This document shows positions 32,956-42,426 of a stretch of DNA of 64,000 bases, one piece after another. The DNA is taken from positions 4,293 through 68,292 of the forward strand of contig JBEKQS010000002.1 in assembly GCA_049519475.1 (NCBI GenBank), read 5' to 3'. This stretch comes from Bryobacteraceae bacterium (GTDB taxonomy: Bacteria > Acidobacteriota > Terriglobia > Bryobacterales > Bryobacteraceae). Position 1 is the stretch's first letter, and the number at the start of each line of letters is the position of its first letter. The notes under the pieces were generated by a model. The model was not told the origin of the DNA and did not search any database. It worked only from the letters and a program-made list of their open reading frames with translations. A program made the translations under genes and the position numbers.

Positions 32956-34212
32956 TTATTCCACGCGCGCGATCTTCGCCCCCACTCGCGCCAGCTTCGT
33001 CTCGATCTTCTCATAGCCCCGGTCGATGTGGTACACCCGGTCGATCACCGTTTCGCCGCGCGCCACCAGAGCGCCCAGCACCAGCGACGCGCTGGCGCGC
33101 AGGTCGGAGGCGATCACGCCCGCGCCCGTCAGCTCGCGCGGTCCCGCCACAATTGCCTGTTTGCCGTCCAGCCGGATATTGGCGCCCATGCGCGCCAGCT
33201 CCTGCGCGTGCATGAAGCGGTTTTCAAAAATCGTCTCCACGATGATGGCGATCCCGTCCCCTTGCGTCATCAACGCCATGTACTGCGCCTGCAAGTCGGT
33301 GGCGAACCCCGGGTACTCTTCCGTGGTCATGTCCACCGAGCGCAGCCGCCCGCCACCGCGCACCCGCAAGCTGGTCGAGTCCGGCTGTGTCACGCCCACG
33401 CCAGTCTGTTGCAGCTTGGACACAAGGGCGCCCACATGCTCCGGCACGCATCCGGTCACCATCAGGTCGCCGCCCGTAATGGCTCCCGCCAGCAGGAAAG
33501 TTCCCGCCTCGATGCGGTCGGCGATGATCGTGTGCTCCGCTCCGTGCAGCCGCTCCACGCCCTGCACCTTGATGGTCGATGTGCCCGCGCCTTCAATCCG
33601 CGCGCCCATCTTGACCAGCAGCACCGCCAGGTCGGCAACCTCCGGCTCGCGCGCCGCGTTGCGCAACACCGTTTCGCCCTTGGCCAGCACGGCGGCCATC
33701 ATCAGGTCTTCGGTCCCCGTGACCGTGATGCGGTCGAAGTGGACCACCGCGCCTCTCAACCCTTCCGGCGCCACCGCCTCGATATAACCATGCGCCTGGT
33801 TGATGCGCGCGCCCAGTTGTTCCAAGCCGAATATGTGCAGGTTGATGGGCCGCGCCCCGATGGCGCAGCCTCCCGGCAGCGAAACCCGCGCCCGGCCGCA
33901 CCGCGCCACCAGCGGACCCAGCACCAGGCTGGAGGCGCGCATGGTCTTCACCAGCTCGTATGGCGCTTCCGCGCAAACGATGGTTGGCGTCTCCAGGCGC
34001 ACCGCTTCGCCATCCACCTCCACCTGGGAGCCGATATCCACCAGCAGCCGCTGCATGGTGCGAATATCCCGCACGGCCGGAACGCGCCGCAGCGTCACCG
34101 GTTCTGCGGTGAGCAGCGCCGCGGCCAGCGCCGGCAGCGCCGAATTCTTCGATCCGCCCACAGGGATTTCCCCTTGGAGCGGCGTCCCGCCATGAATTAC
34201 GAACTTATCCAT
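32956..34212 (-). CDS. murA: UDP-N-acetylglucosamine 1-carboxyvinyltransferase
   Basis: MDKFVIHGGTPLQGEIPVGGSKNSALPALAAALLT...LPGGCAIGARPINLH...ATDLQAQYMALMTQ...IDRGYEKIETKL. Confidence 0.95.
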   Translation of the reverse strand: MDKFVIHGGTPLQGEIPVGGSKNSALPALAAALLTAEPVTLRRVPAVRDIRTMQRLLVDIGSQVEVDGEAVRLETPTIVCAEAPYELVKTMRASSLVLGPLVARCGRARVSLPGGCAIGARPINLHIFGLEQLGARINQAHGYIEAVAPEGLRGAVVHFDRITVTGTEDLMMAAVLAKGETVLRNAAREPEVADLAVLLVKMGARIEGAGTSTIKVQGVERLHGAEHTIIADRIEAGTFLLAGAITGGDLMVTGCVPEHVGALVSKLQQTGVGVTQPDSTSLRVRGGGRLRSVDMTTEEYPGFATDLQAQYMALMTQGDGIAIIVETIFENRFMHAQELARMGANIRLDGKQAIVAGPRELTGAGVIASDLRASASLVLGALVARGETVIDRVYHIDRGYEKIETKLARVGAKIARVE

Positions 34213-35101
34213 TCAAAGCCTTGGAAACCCTTCCCTTCGCCGCGGCCAGGCGCCGTTCCGCATCCTCGCGGCCCACGCCGCCTTTCGCCATCACGATCGC
34301 CACCCGCACGCTTCCGCCCGCCTCCGCCAGCCACTGGCCCGCCCGCTCCACGGAAACTCCAGCCGCCTGCGCGACAATGCGCCGCGCGCGGTCGCGCAGC
34401 TTCTCGTTCTTGGGCTGAACGTTCACCATCAGGTTGCCGTAAACGTAACCTAACCGCACGAACGCCCCGGTAGAGAGCATGTTGAGTACCAGCTTCTGCG
34501 CCGTCCCGGCTTTCATCCGCGTGGACCCGGCCACCACCTCCGGCCCTACCAGCGGCGTAATGGCAATCTCAGCCGCGCGCGCCAGTTCGGAATCCGGCGT
34601 GCAACTGATCCCCACCGTCACGGCCCCCAGCCGCCGCGCCTTCTCGATCGCGCCCAGCACATAGGGTGTGCGCCCGCTGGCGGCAATCCCCACCAGCACA
34701 TCGCTCGCGGTGAATCCGCGGGCCTCCAGGTCGCGCGCACCCGTCGCCGGATCGTCCTCCGTGGTTTCCGTGGCCTGGCTCAGCGCCGCTTCCCCGCCCG
34801 CGATGATCCCCTGCACCATCTCCGGCGGAACGTTGAACGTCGGCGGGCATTCCGAAGCGTCCAGCACTCCCAGCCGCCCGCTGGTGCCCGCGCCGAGATA
34901 AAACAGCCGTCCGCCGCGTTCGAATGCCGCCACGACCCGATCCACAGCCCGCGCAATCGCCGGAATCTCGCGCCCCACCGCCTCGGCCACCTGGCGGTCT
35001 TCCGCATTCATGATGCGCAGAACGCTTTCCGTGCTCAGGGTATCGATGGACGCCGAAGCCGGGTTGGTTTGTTCCGTCAAGAGTTTTTCGAGCCCGGCCA
35101 T
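34205..35101 (-). CDS. murQ: N-acetylmuramic acid 6-phosphate etherase
   Basis: Contains ...LSTESVLRIMNAEDRQVAEAV...GGRLFYLGAGTSGRLGVLDASECPPTF...GIAASGRTPYV...STRMKAGTAQKLVLNMLST. This is the SIS domain with the MurQ signature. Confidence 0.92.
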   Translation of the reverse strand: MAGLEKLLTEQTNPASASIDTLSTESVLRIMNAEDRQVAEAVGREIPAIARAVDRVVAAFERGGRLFYLGAGTSGRLGVLDASECPPTFNVPPEMVQGIIAGGEAALSQATETTEDDPATGARDLEARGFTASDVLVGIAASGRTPYVLGAIEKARRLGAVTVGISCTPDSELARAAEIAITPLVGPEVVAGSTRMKAGTAQKLVLNMLSTGAFVRLGYVYGNLMVNVQPKNEKLRDRARRIVAQAAGVSVERAGQWLAEAGGSVRVAIVMAKGGVGREDAERRLAAAKGRVSKALNG

Positions 35102-35114
35102 CGTCCTATCTTAA

Positions 35115-35199
35115 CCCGCTCTTCTCTCGAAGAATCAGGCGCTTGCCACCATCGACAAGCCGGCCAGGGGCCGGCTGCGGACGGGGGCGTCCGCCCTCC
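35115..35199. repeat. Dispersed repeat, copy B (5' of murQ, inverted relative to copy A)
   Basis: CCCGCTCTTCTCTCGAAGAATCAGGCGCTTGCCACCATCGACAAGCCGGCCAGGGGCCGGCTGCGG is the reverse complement of the copy A core. It is followed by ACGGGGGCGTCCGCCCTCC. Confidence 0.85.
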
Positions 35200-35220
35200 G
35201 ATCAAGCTATATTCAAATGA

Positions 35221-35766
35221 GTGCGCTATTTTCTCACCGGCCGTCAGCCTCCCGCAACGTCGATCCTGCTGGTGGAAAGCGGCTCTCGCGGCATCCTAGA
35301 GCGCGTCATCCCCGGTTTGCGGGGATCCTGGGCCAAGGACGCCTCCGTCGATCTGGTGACCTGCTACGCCACCCTGCCCGCCGGCTTCCCGCCCGCCACC
35401 CGCCTCTATCGCGTTGCCGATTATCGCGGCTCCGAAGGCCGCGGCAGGCTCTATCGCGAGCTGGCCGCCAACCGTTACTCGCACGCCGGCATCGTCTGTT
35501 CGGCCGAACCGCTCATGACCAAGTGGAAATGGATGCTGGCCGCGCGCATTCCCGCCAAGGTTTTTCTCATCAACGAAAACGCCGATTATTTTTGGCTCGA
35601 CCGCATGCACTTCGCGCCCGCCTGGGGCTTTGTGATGTTGCGCACCGGCCTTGCCGGCGCCGGCGCCGTGCGCAGCCTGGCGCGGGTCTTTTCCTTTCCC
35701 TTCACGTTGCTGTACCTGCTGCTCTACGCCGCCGCGGTCCACACGCGGCGAGCTCTTCGAGGTTGA
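35221..35766 (+). CDS. Hypothetical protein (181 aa)
   Basis: Coherent ORF with a hydrophobic C-terminus (VFSFPFTLLYLLLYAAAV). It lies 3 nt upstream of the quinone oxidoreductase gene. No family recognised. Confidence 0.5.
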   Translation: MRYFLTGRQPPATSILLVESGSRGILERVIPGLRGSWAKDASVDLVTCYATLPAGFPPATRLYRVADYRGSEGRGRLYRELAANRYSHAGIVCSAEPLMTKWKWMLAARIPAKVFLINENADYFWLDRMHFAPAWGFVMLRTGLAGAGAVRSLARVFSFPFTLLYLLLYAAAVHTRRALRG

Positions 35767-35769
35767 TCT

Positions 35770-36741
35770 ATGAAACGTATCCAGGTAAGTGAAACCGGCG
35801 GTCCCGAAAAAATGCAGTTGGCCGATGTGCCCACGCCCGTTCCGGGTACCGGGCAGGCGCTGGTGCGCATCGCTTCGAGCGGCGTCAACTTCATCGACGT
35901 CTATTTCCGCAGCGGCCTCTACAAAGCCGATCTCCCGGTCACGCTCGGCAGTGAAGCCGCCGGCACCGTCGAAGCCGTCGCTCCCGGTGTCACTGAAGTC
36001 GCTCCCGGCGATCGCGTGGCCTACGCCATGGCGCGCGGCTCCTATGCCGAGTATGCCGCGGTCCCCGCCGCGCAACTCGTCAAGCTGCCCGCCCATCTCG
36101 ATTTCTCCACCGCCGCCGCCGCCATGCTGCAAGGCATGACCGCGCACTACCTCACGCACTCCACCTTCCCTCTCAAGAGCGGCGACACCTGCCTGGTCCA
36201 CGCCGCCGCCGGTGGCGCTGGCGGCCTCATCGTGCAGATGGCCAAAATGCTCGGCGCGCGCGTCTTCGGCACCGTCTCCACCCAAGCCAAGGCGGAAATC
36301 GCGCGCTCCCACGGCGCCGACGAAGTTATTTTCTATACCGAGCAGGATTTCGAAGCCGAAGTGAAGCGCCTCACCGCCGGCCGCGGCGTCGACGTGGTCT
36401 ACGATTCCGTCGGCAAGACCACCTTCGACAAGAGTCTCAACTGCCTGCGCCCGCGCGGTCTCATGGCGCTCTTCGGCCAATCCAGCGGCCCCGTTCCGGC
36501 CTTCGACCCAGGCATCCTCAACGTCAGAGGCTCGCTCTTCCTCACTCGCCCCACGCTGCTCCACCACGTGCTCACACGCGCAGAGTTGCTGTGGCGCGCC
36601 GGCGATGTGCTCGGCTGGCTGGATTCCGGCAAGCTGAAGCTCCGCATCCACCACACGTATCCCCTGGCCGATGCCGCCCAAGCCCATCGCGACCTCGAAA
36701 GCCGCAAGACCGCCGGGAAGCTTCTGCTCAGCGTTCCGTAA
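35770..36741 (+). CDS. qor: NADPH:quinone oxidoreductase (zeta-crystallin/MDR family)
   Basis: MKRIQVSETGGPEKMQLADVPTPVPGTGQALVRIASSGVNFIDVYFRSGLY...VHAAAGGAGGLIVQMAK...AHRDLESRKTAGKLLL. Confidence 0.88.
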   Translation: MKRIQVSETGGPEKMQLADVPTPVPGTGQALVRIASSGVNFIDVYFRSGLYKADLPVTLGSEAAGTVEAVAPGVTEVAPGDRVAYAMARGSYAEYAAVPAAQLVKLPAHLDFSTAAAAMLQGMTAHYLTHSTFPLKSGDTCLVHAAAGGAGGLIVQMAKMLGARVFGTVSTQAKAEIARSHGADEVIFYTEQDFEAEVKRLTAGRGVDVVYDSVGKTTFDKSLNCLRPRGLMALFGQSSGPVPAFDPGILNVRGSLFLTRPTLLHHVLTRAELLWRAGDVLGWLDSGKLKLRIHHTYPLADAAQAHRDLESRKTAGKLLLSVP

Positions 36742-36747
36742 ACCCTG

Positions 36748-38568
36748 ATGACCCTCCAGGCCAAGCTGACGCTCGGTACGGTGTTGCTGGTCACCATGGT
36801 CGTGGCCCTCATTTCCTTCGTCGACCTGGTCGGCATCATGCAGAATGAGTTTGAGCACACCCTGCAGCGCGCCAACGTGGTTCAGTTGGTCGCCACCGAT
36901 GACGTCAAACAGGCCCTCAACCGCCCGCAGGCGCTGCCCTTCCCCGGCGCGCTCAAGACCCCCGAGCTCTTCGACCGCCTGCGTAGCGTGATGGCCTCCT
37001 CGCCGGTAATCGTCGAAGTGGCCGTCGTCAACCCGGATGGCGAAATCCTCGCCGACAGCTTACCTGACAGCCAAGGCAAGACCTGCCCACACTATCCCGA
37101 TCTCGCTCACCTGGTCAATCAGCAAGGCTGGTTCGACAAGCTGCGCGTACTGCTGGGCCGCGCCGCCGGCGACCTCCAAATCGAGCAGGAATTGGGGCCG
37201 CCGAAGCTCTTTGTGCACGTCATCGTGGCTCCCGCCTTGATTCGCGATGCCATCAAGCCGAATCTGAATCAGAGCGCCGACATCGCGCTCATCTCCATCA
37301 TCGGCGCCATCTGCATCACGTTCCTGTTTTCGGCCTTCGCCTTCCGCCCGCTGGGCCGCCTGCGCCGCCAGCTCGACCTCCTCGCATCCGGCGACTACGC
37401 GCCGCCCGAACCGGCCACCGGCTCTCGCTCGAACGACGAAGTCTCCATCATGGCCTCCAAGGTCAGCCTCCTGGGCGAGCGCCTGCGCGGCGCGCAATTC
37501 GAAGTCTCCGACCTGCGCGGCAACATGGACCGGCTGCTGCGCGATCTGGAAGACGCCGTCTTCATCTTCAACCGCGAACGCCGCCTGGTCTTTGCTTCCG
37601 GCTCGGTCGACAGATTTCCCGGCCGCGACCGCTCCACTCTCTCCGGCCAATCCATCGCCGAAATCTTCCCGCCTTCCACCAACCTGGGCCTTCTCATCGA
37701 CGAAGCCGCCTCGACCGGCGTCCACATCAGCAACCGCCGCATCCCGCTCACCGCCGCGCCAGAGAGCGCTTCCGTGCTTCTCTCCGTCGACCTCCTGGAA
37801 GCGCAGCCCGGCGCGGCCAACCCGCGCGCCGGCCTCATCGTCCGCCTGCGCGATCCCGAAGCGCAACGCCAGATCGGCCGCCAGCTCCAGACCGCCGACC
37901 GCCTGGCCGCCATCAGCCGCATCTCCGGCGGCGTCGCCCATGAAGTCAAGAATCCGCTGAACGCCATCCTCCTCCACGTGGAAGTCGCCCGCTCCAAACT
38001 CGCGCGCGGCGATACCGCCGTCGACGCCCAAATGGAGATCATCTCCCGCGAAATCCTGCGCCTCGACCGCGTGGTCAAGACCTTCCTCGATTTCACCCGC
38101 CCCGTGGAGCTCAAACTGCGCCCGGTTCTTCTGCAACAAATCCTCGGCGAAATCGTCTCGCTCGCGCGCCCCCAGGCCGCCGCCGCCAACATCCAGGTGG
38201 TGGCCGCGCCGGAAGCCTCGGCCGCCGACGGTGTTGAAGTCAGCGTCGATAGCGACCTCTTCAAACAGGCCGTCCTCAACGTGGTCGTGAACGCCATCCA
38301 GGCCATGCCCGAAGGCGGCGAACTGCGCTTCGAAGCCTCCGCTTCCCAGGACACTGCCGAAATCCGCATCTCCGATACCGGCCCTGGCATTCCGCCCGAC
38401 CTGAAGGAAAAAATCTTCCGCCTGTACTTCACCACCAAGACCGGCGGAAGCGGCATCGGCCTCGCCATGACTTTCCGGATCGTGCAATTACACGATGGTA
38501 CAATCGACTTCAGCAGCGAACCGGGCAAAGGCACTACTTTTGTGATCCGTCTGCCGCTTGCGGTGTGA
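36748..38568 (+). CDS. Sensor histidine kinase (2 TM, HAMP, PAS, HisKA, HATPase; NtrB/AtoS-like H-box)
   Basis: H-box SGGVAHEVKNPLNAI, N-box VVNAIQAMPEGG, G-boxes DTGPGIP and GSGIGLAM. No response regulator is adjacent. Confidence 0.9.
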   Translation: MTLQAKLTLGTVLLVTMVVALISFVDLVGIMQNEFEHTLQRANVVQLVATDDVKQALNRPQALPFPGALKTPELFDRLRSVMASSPVIVEVAVVNPDGEILADSLPDSQGKTCPHYPDLAHLVNQQGWFDKLRVLLGRAAGDLQIEQELGPPKLFVHVIVAPALIRDAIKPNLNQSADIALISIIGAICITFLFSAFAFRPLGRLRRQLDLLASGDYAPPEPATGSRSNDEVSIMASKVSLLGERLRGAQFEVSDLRGNMDRLLRDLEDAVFIFNRERRLVFASGSVDRFPGRDRSTLSGQSIAEIFPPSTNLGLLIDEAASTGVHISNRRIPLTAAPESASVLLSVDLLEAQPGAANPRAGLIVRLRDPEAQRQIGRQLQTADRLAAISRISGGVAHEVKNPLNAILLHVEVARSKLARGDTAVDAQMEIISREILRLDRVVKTFLDFTRPVELKLRPVLLQQILGEIVSLARPQAAAANIQVVAAPEASAADGVEVSVDSDLFKQAVLNVVVNAIQAMPEGGELRFEASASQDTAEIRISDTGPGIPPDLKEKIFRLYFTTKTGGSGIGLAMTFRIVQLHDGTIDFSSEPGKGTTFVIRLPLAV

Positions 38569-38582
38569 CCGAGCGATTCCGA

Positions 38583-39161
38583 ATGAAACCAGTGGAAGCA
38601 ATTCTGGCCGGCGCCCTGCTGGTTGGTCTGGCCGGTTGCGCCGCGCGCGCCAAACCACCCGTGCCGGCCGCTGCGCCGGCAGCGCCCGCAGCGCCACCCG
38701 AGCCGCTTTCTATCCGGCAAACTCAAGTGCAGTTGCCGCGCCCGCAACCTCTCGATCCCGACTCGCTCTCGACCGCGCCTCCCGCCGCCGCGCCGCCGCC
38801 GGCCGCGCCACCGCCGGCCACCAAGCCGCCACAGGCCACGCGACGCCAGGCCGCGCCGCCGCCCAAACCCGAAACGCCGCCGCCCGCCGAAGCGGTCCGG
38901 ACGCCCATTCAGGAAATCCTGCCCGCTACCGTGCAGCAGCAGTTGCGGCGGTCCGCGCAGGACCATCGGAGCCAGGCCCTCCAACTGGTCGCGCAGGCGC
39001 AGCGCCGCAGCCTCACCGCCGCCGAACAGGCGCTGGTCACCCGCATCAATCAGTTCGTCAAGAGCTCCGGCGACGCCGAAAAGAACGGCGACCTGCGCTC
39101 CGCGGACGATCTCGCCGGCCGCGCCCACATCCTCGCCAAGGAGCTCCAGAGTGGCAAATAA
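38583..39161 (+). CDS. Pro/Ala-rich lipoprotein
   Basis: MKPVEAILAGALLVGLAGCAARAK contains a lipobox (LAGC). A low-complexity P/A tract is followed by a helical C-terminus. An alternative GTG start at 38565 overlaps the kinase stop. Confidence 0.62.
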   Translation: MKPVEAILAGALLVGLAGCAARAKPPVPAAAPAAPAAPPEPLSIRQTQVQLPRPQPLDPDSLSTAPPAAAPPPAAPPPATKPPQATRRQAAPPPKPETPPPAEAVRTPIQEILPATVQQQLRRSAQDHRSQALQLVAQAQRRSLTAAEQALVTRINQFVKSSGDAEKNGDLRSADDLAGRAHILAKELQSGK

Positions 39162-40266
39162 CCCGACAGCGGGGCAGGCGCTTTCGCCAGCCTCCGAATC
39201 CGAAACCCGCCGGTACGCCGTGGCCGCCTCCCTCGCCGGCCGCAAGCTCGACGCCCTGCTCGTCTCCTTCGGCCCCAACCTGCGCTACCTCAGCGGCTTC
39301 ACCGGCAGCAACGCCCTGCTGCTGGTGCTGCCTGGCCAATCCATTCTGTTTACCGATCCGCGCTACCAGATCCAGGCCGCTCAGGAAGTCTCCTGCACCG
39401 TCACCATCGCCAAGGGTCCGTTGGAGGCCGATCTGGTTGCCGCCATCGCGCGCCACCGCGTCAAGCGTATCGGTTACGAGCCGGCGCTGATCAACTGCGA
39501 AGCCTTCCGCTCGCTCGAATCGCACTTACCTGCCAGGGCTTCGCTGGTCGCGGCCGGAGGCTCGGTCGAACGGATGCGCATGGCGAAGTCGCCCTCCGAA
39601 ATCGACCGCATCCGCCGCTCCGTTCTCACCAACTCGCGCGCCTTCGAACAAACCGTGCCGCGCGTCCGTGCCGGCATCACCGAGCGCGATCTGGCCGCCG
39701 AGCTCGAATACCGCATGCGCCGCCTGGGCGCCGAAAAGCCGTCGTTTGAAACCATCGTCGCCGCCGGCGTCCGCTCCGCGCTGCCGCACGCCCAACCCAC
39801 CGCCGCCCACCTCCAGCCCGGCCAACTGGTGGTGGTCGATATGGGCGCTCTCCAAGACGGCTATTGCAGTGACATGACCCGCATGTTGTACCTGGGAACT
39901 CCCACCGCCAAAGTGAAGCGCACTTATCGCGCTGTGATCGAAGCGCAATTGGCCGGTATCGACGCCGTGCGCGCCGGAGCCCGCACCGCCCACGTGGATG
40001 CCGCCGCGCGCAACGTTCTGGCGGGTTATGGCCTCGACAGCGCCTTCATCCACTCCACCGGCCATGGACTGGGCCTGGAGATCCACGAACCGCCGCGTCT
40101 CGGCAAGAGCGACAAAGGCCGCCTGCAAGCCGGCATGGCCATCACCATCGAACCCGGCGTTTACCTGGAAGGCTTCGGCGGCATCCGTGTTGAAGACACG
40201 GTGGTGGTCACGGACCAAGGCTGCGAAATCCTGACGCCGACCAGCAAAGAGCTGCGGGTGATTTAG
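39151..40266 (+). CDS. pepP: M24 family Xaa-Pro aminopeptidase
   Basis: Creatinase-like N-domain (KLDALLVSFGPNLRYLSGFTGSNALLLV) and a pita-bread domain (VVVDMGA...YCSDMTR, HSTGHGLGLEIHEPP, GMAITIEPG, GIRVEDTVVVT). The start is uncertain (GTG 39151 or GTG 39220). Confidence 0.85.
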   Translation: MANNPTAGQALSPASESETRRYAVAASLAGRKLDALLVSFGPNLRYLSGFTGSNALLLVLPGQSILFTDPRYQIQAAQEVSCTVTIAKGPLEADLVAAIARHRVKRIGYEPALINCEAFRSLESHLPARASLVAAGGSVERMRMAKSPSEIDRIRRSVLTNSRAFEQTVPRVRAGITERDLAAELEYRMRRLGAEKPSFETIVAAGVRSALPHAQPTAAHLQPGQLVVVDMGALQDGYCSDMTRMLYLGTPTAKVKRTYRAVIEAQLAGIDAVRAGARTAHVDAAARNVLAGYGLDSAFIHSTGHGLGLEIHEPPRLGKSDKGRLQAGMAITIEPGVYLEGFGGIRVEDTVVVTDQGCEILTPTSKELRVI

Positions 40267-40583
40267 GCCGGCCCCAAGAGCGAACTCTAACCCGCACAGC
40301 GAGTCATTTTTCGAAGAGCCGGTTTTTCTGCCAGAACGCGCCGACCCTCGACGCCACGTCAGCCGCGCATCGTGGGCCCGTCCGGTACTTTTCATGGCGG
40401 TCGGTAAAGGTTTCCGGCGACGCGCTGCCCAACAACTTGTCGGAATCGAGGCGACTGCTGTATACTTGTCGAAGCCGGGAAGCCAAAATGGAAATCCCGG
40501 TTCAACATCCTGGCTGGTTTGCAGGGTGCGAATCGCATTTTCTCTAAGTCGGAGGAGCGGCATCGGGTCGCTGGAGGGGGTTT

Positions 40584-41232
40584 GTGCGTATTTGGCATGG
40601 CATTTTCGCAATCGTTTTCGCGACCGGAAGCTTGATGGCCGGGCCGATTTGGGTGGAGTCCGGGCCCGGCGGGTACGTCGGTGTCGGAACCAACTATGAC
40701 GTGTTCGGATGGTCATTATCGAGCACGTATACCGGAGTTTCCATCAGCTTCCCGCTCATAGACTGGACCGTCGGCGGACCGATAGGTGGCACGGAAGGAA
40801 CCGTCTATCTGACGAACCAGATCGGGCCGGGTACGACAGCAGCGAACGAGGTGGTGACGCCAGTTACGGTCACTGGCTTGAGCGGCACGGTACAAAACAT
40901 CACTCTGTTTTCGGGGTTGACGCTGAGGACCCGGTAATTACTATCTGGTCTTCGCCCAGACGACTTCGGTCTCCATGGATCTCGGCGAGAGCAACAGCGG
41001 TCTGACAGAAACGACAGGAGCCGGAGTAACTGTTTTTGGCCAGGGAGGCGGCACGCCGACGGCCTTTCCGCCGGACGTGAACGTGTCTTTCAGCGCCCCC
41101 GAAAGCAGCGGCAACCAATTTTCCATCACCGGCAATCAGAGTGGTGCGACTCCCGAACCCACCACAGCCATGATGGTCATGGCGGGCGGCGCTGTTTTGC
41201 TCGCGGGTTTGCGCCGCAAGCGCGTCCGCTAG
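40584..41232 (+). pseudogene. PEP-CTERM sorting-domain protein, interrupted by a +1 frameshift near 40926
   Basis: GTG start with a GGAGGGGG RBS and a signal peptide. Frame 0 ends ...NITLFSGLTLRTR*, while frame +1 continues GPGNYYLVFAQTTSVSMDLGES...TPEPTTAMMVMAGGAVLLAGLRRKRVR (PEP-CTERM). The join ...SGLTL/GPGNYYLVF reads naturally if base 40926 is skipped. Confidence 0.65.
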
Positions 41233-41285
41233 CCCGATCCGGGCGGTTGCTCAAAAGTCTTCACGCTCAGTGAACCGTATTGAAC

Positions 41286-42284
41286 CTAGCCAGCCACCCG
41301 CACCAGCACCTTCCCCATCGGTCCCTCCGCCAGCCTCGCAAATGCCTTGATGGCATCCTCGAACGCGAAAATTCCGTCCGTCACCGGCCGCTTGCCCACC
41401 GAATCTAACTGGCTCACGATCCGCTGCCACGCCGCTTGCGCCGAGGCAGCCGTGTAATCGGCCACGGCCACCCCGCCGATTCGATTCCTGCGGAAGAACA
41501 GCGTCCCGGTGTTAAACTCCGGCACCGCGCCGCCGCTGCGGCCCACCACGCTGATCCGCCCGCCATGTCCCAGCGCCGCCACCACCTGGTTGAACAACGC
41601 GCCGCCCACGCTATCCACCACCAGGTCCACCTTGCGCGGCGCGATGGCCGCCGTCAGCTTCCTGCGCCAGTCCGCGTCCTGCGGGTCGAAGACGAAATCC
41701 GCGCCCAGTTCCAGCAGCTTCGCGCTCTTGCCGGCATGGCGCGAGAGCCCCGCCACCGTCAGGTGCATGGATTTCCCCAGCAGCACCGAAGCCACGCCCA
41801 CGCCACCGGAAGCTCCCGTCACCAGCAGCACCTGTCCCGCGGCTGGCGGCGCGGCGGGCTCACTCCATTGCGTCAGCGCCTGCCACGCCGTCAGACACAC
41901 CAGCGGTGCGCCGGCCATTTCCTCGATCTTCCAACCCGCCGGGATCGGCGCCAGGCAGTCCGCCGGGACCGCCACCTTTTCGGCCAGCGTTCCCCACACG
42001 CTCACGCCCACGTCGCACCGCAGAATGCCCACGGTTTCTCCCACCCGCACCTGTTCCACGCCGGGCCCCACGGATACGACGTCGCCCACCGCATCGCGCC
42101 CCAGAATGTGCGGCAGCGCCGGTTTGGCCGGGTACATGGCCCGCGCCAGGAAAGCATCCGCCGGGTTGAGCGCGGCGAACCTGACTCGCAGAACCACCTG
42201 CCCCGGCCCCGGCTCGGGGTCGGCGACCTCACCCAGCCGGAGCTTCTCGACGCCATCGTAGGAATCCATCAACCATGCGCGCAT
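41286..42284 (-). CDS. Zinc-type/MDR family quinone oxidoreductase
   Basis: Internal ATG at 42284. MRAWLMDSYDGVEKLRLGEVADPEPGPGQVVLRVRFAALNPADAFLARAMY...LVTGASGGVGVASVLLGK. Confidence 0.82.
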   Translation of the reverse strand: MRAWLMDSYDGVEKLRLGEVADPEPGPGQVVLRVRFAALNPADAFLARAMYPAKPALPHILGRDAVGDVVSVGPGVEQVRVGETVGILRCDVGVSVWGTLAEKVAVPADCLAPIPAGWKIEEMAGAPLVCLTAWQALTQWSEPAAPPAAGQVLLVTGASGGVGVASVLLGKSMHLTVAGLSRHAGKSAKLLELGADFVFDPQDADWRRKLTAAIAPRKVDLVVDSVGGALFNQVVAALGHGGRISVVGRSGGAVPEFNTGTLFFRRNRIGGVAVADYTAASAQAAWQRIVSQLDSVGKRPVTDGIFAFEDAIKAFARLAEGPMGKVLVRVAG

Positions 42285-42426
42285 AGCACCATTGTCGCGC
42301 CTTTGAGCCCGGTCGGTCCGGTCGGAACTGCCGGACTGCGCACCACTGCGCACCCGGGCGGCTTGACACGCCCCGCACCGGCGCGTCAGACTTTGAGTTG
42401 CTGCTTTTCCTAACGGAGGAACCCGA

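Noticed and set aside
40304-40486. 60-aa minus-strand ORF in the 317-bp gap before the PEP-CTERM gene
   Set aside because: There is no RBS and no recognisable domain, and the GC3 pattern is mixed. It is more likely non-coding DNA or a decayed remnant. I cannot support a call.
40926-40926. Programmed +1 ribosomal frameshifting in the PEP-CTERM gene
   Set aside because: No slippery heptamer or downstream structure is evident around CTGAGGACC. A mutational or sequencing frameshift is the simpler explanation.
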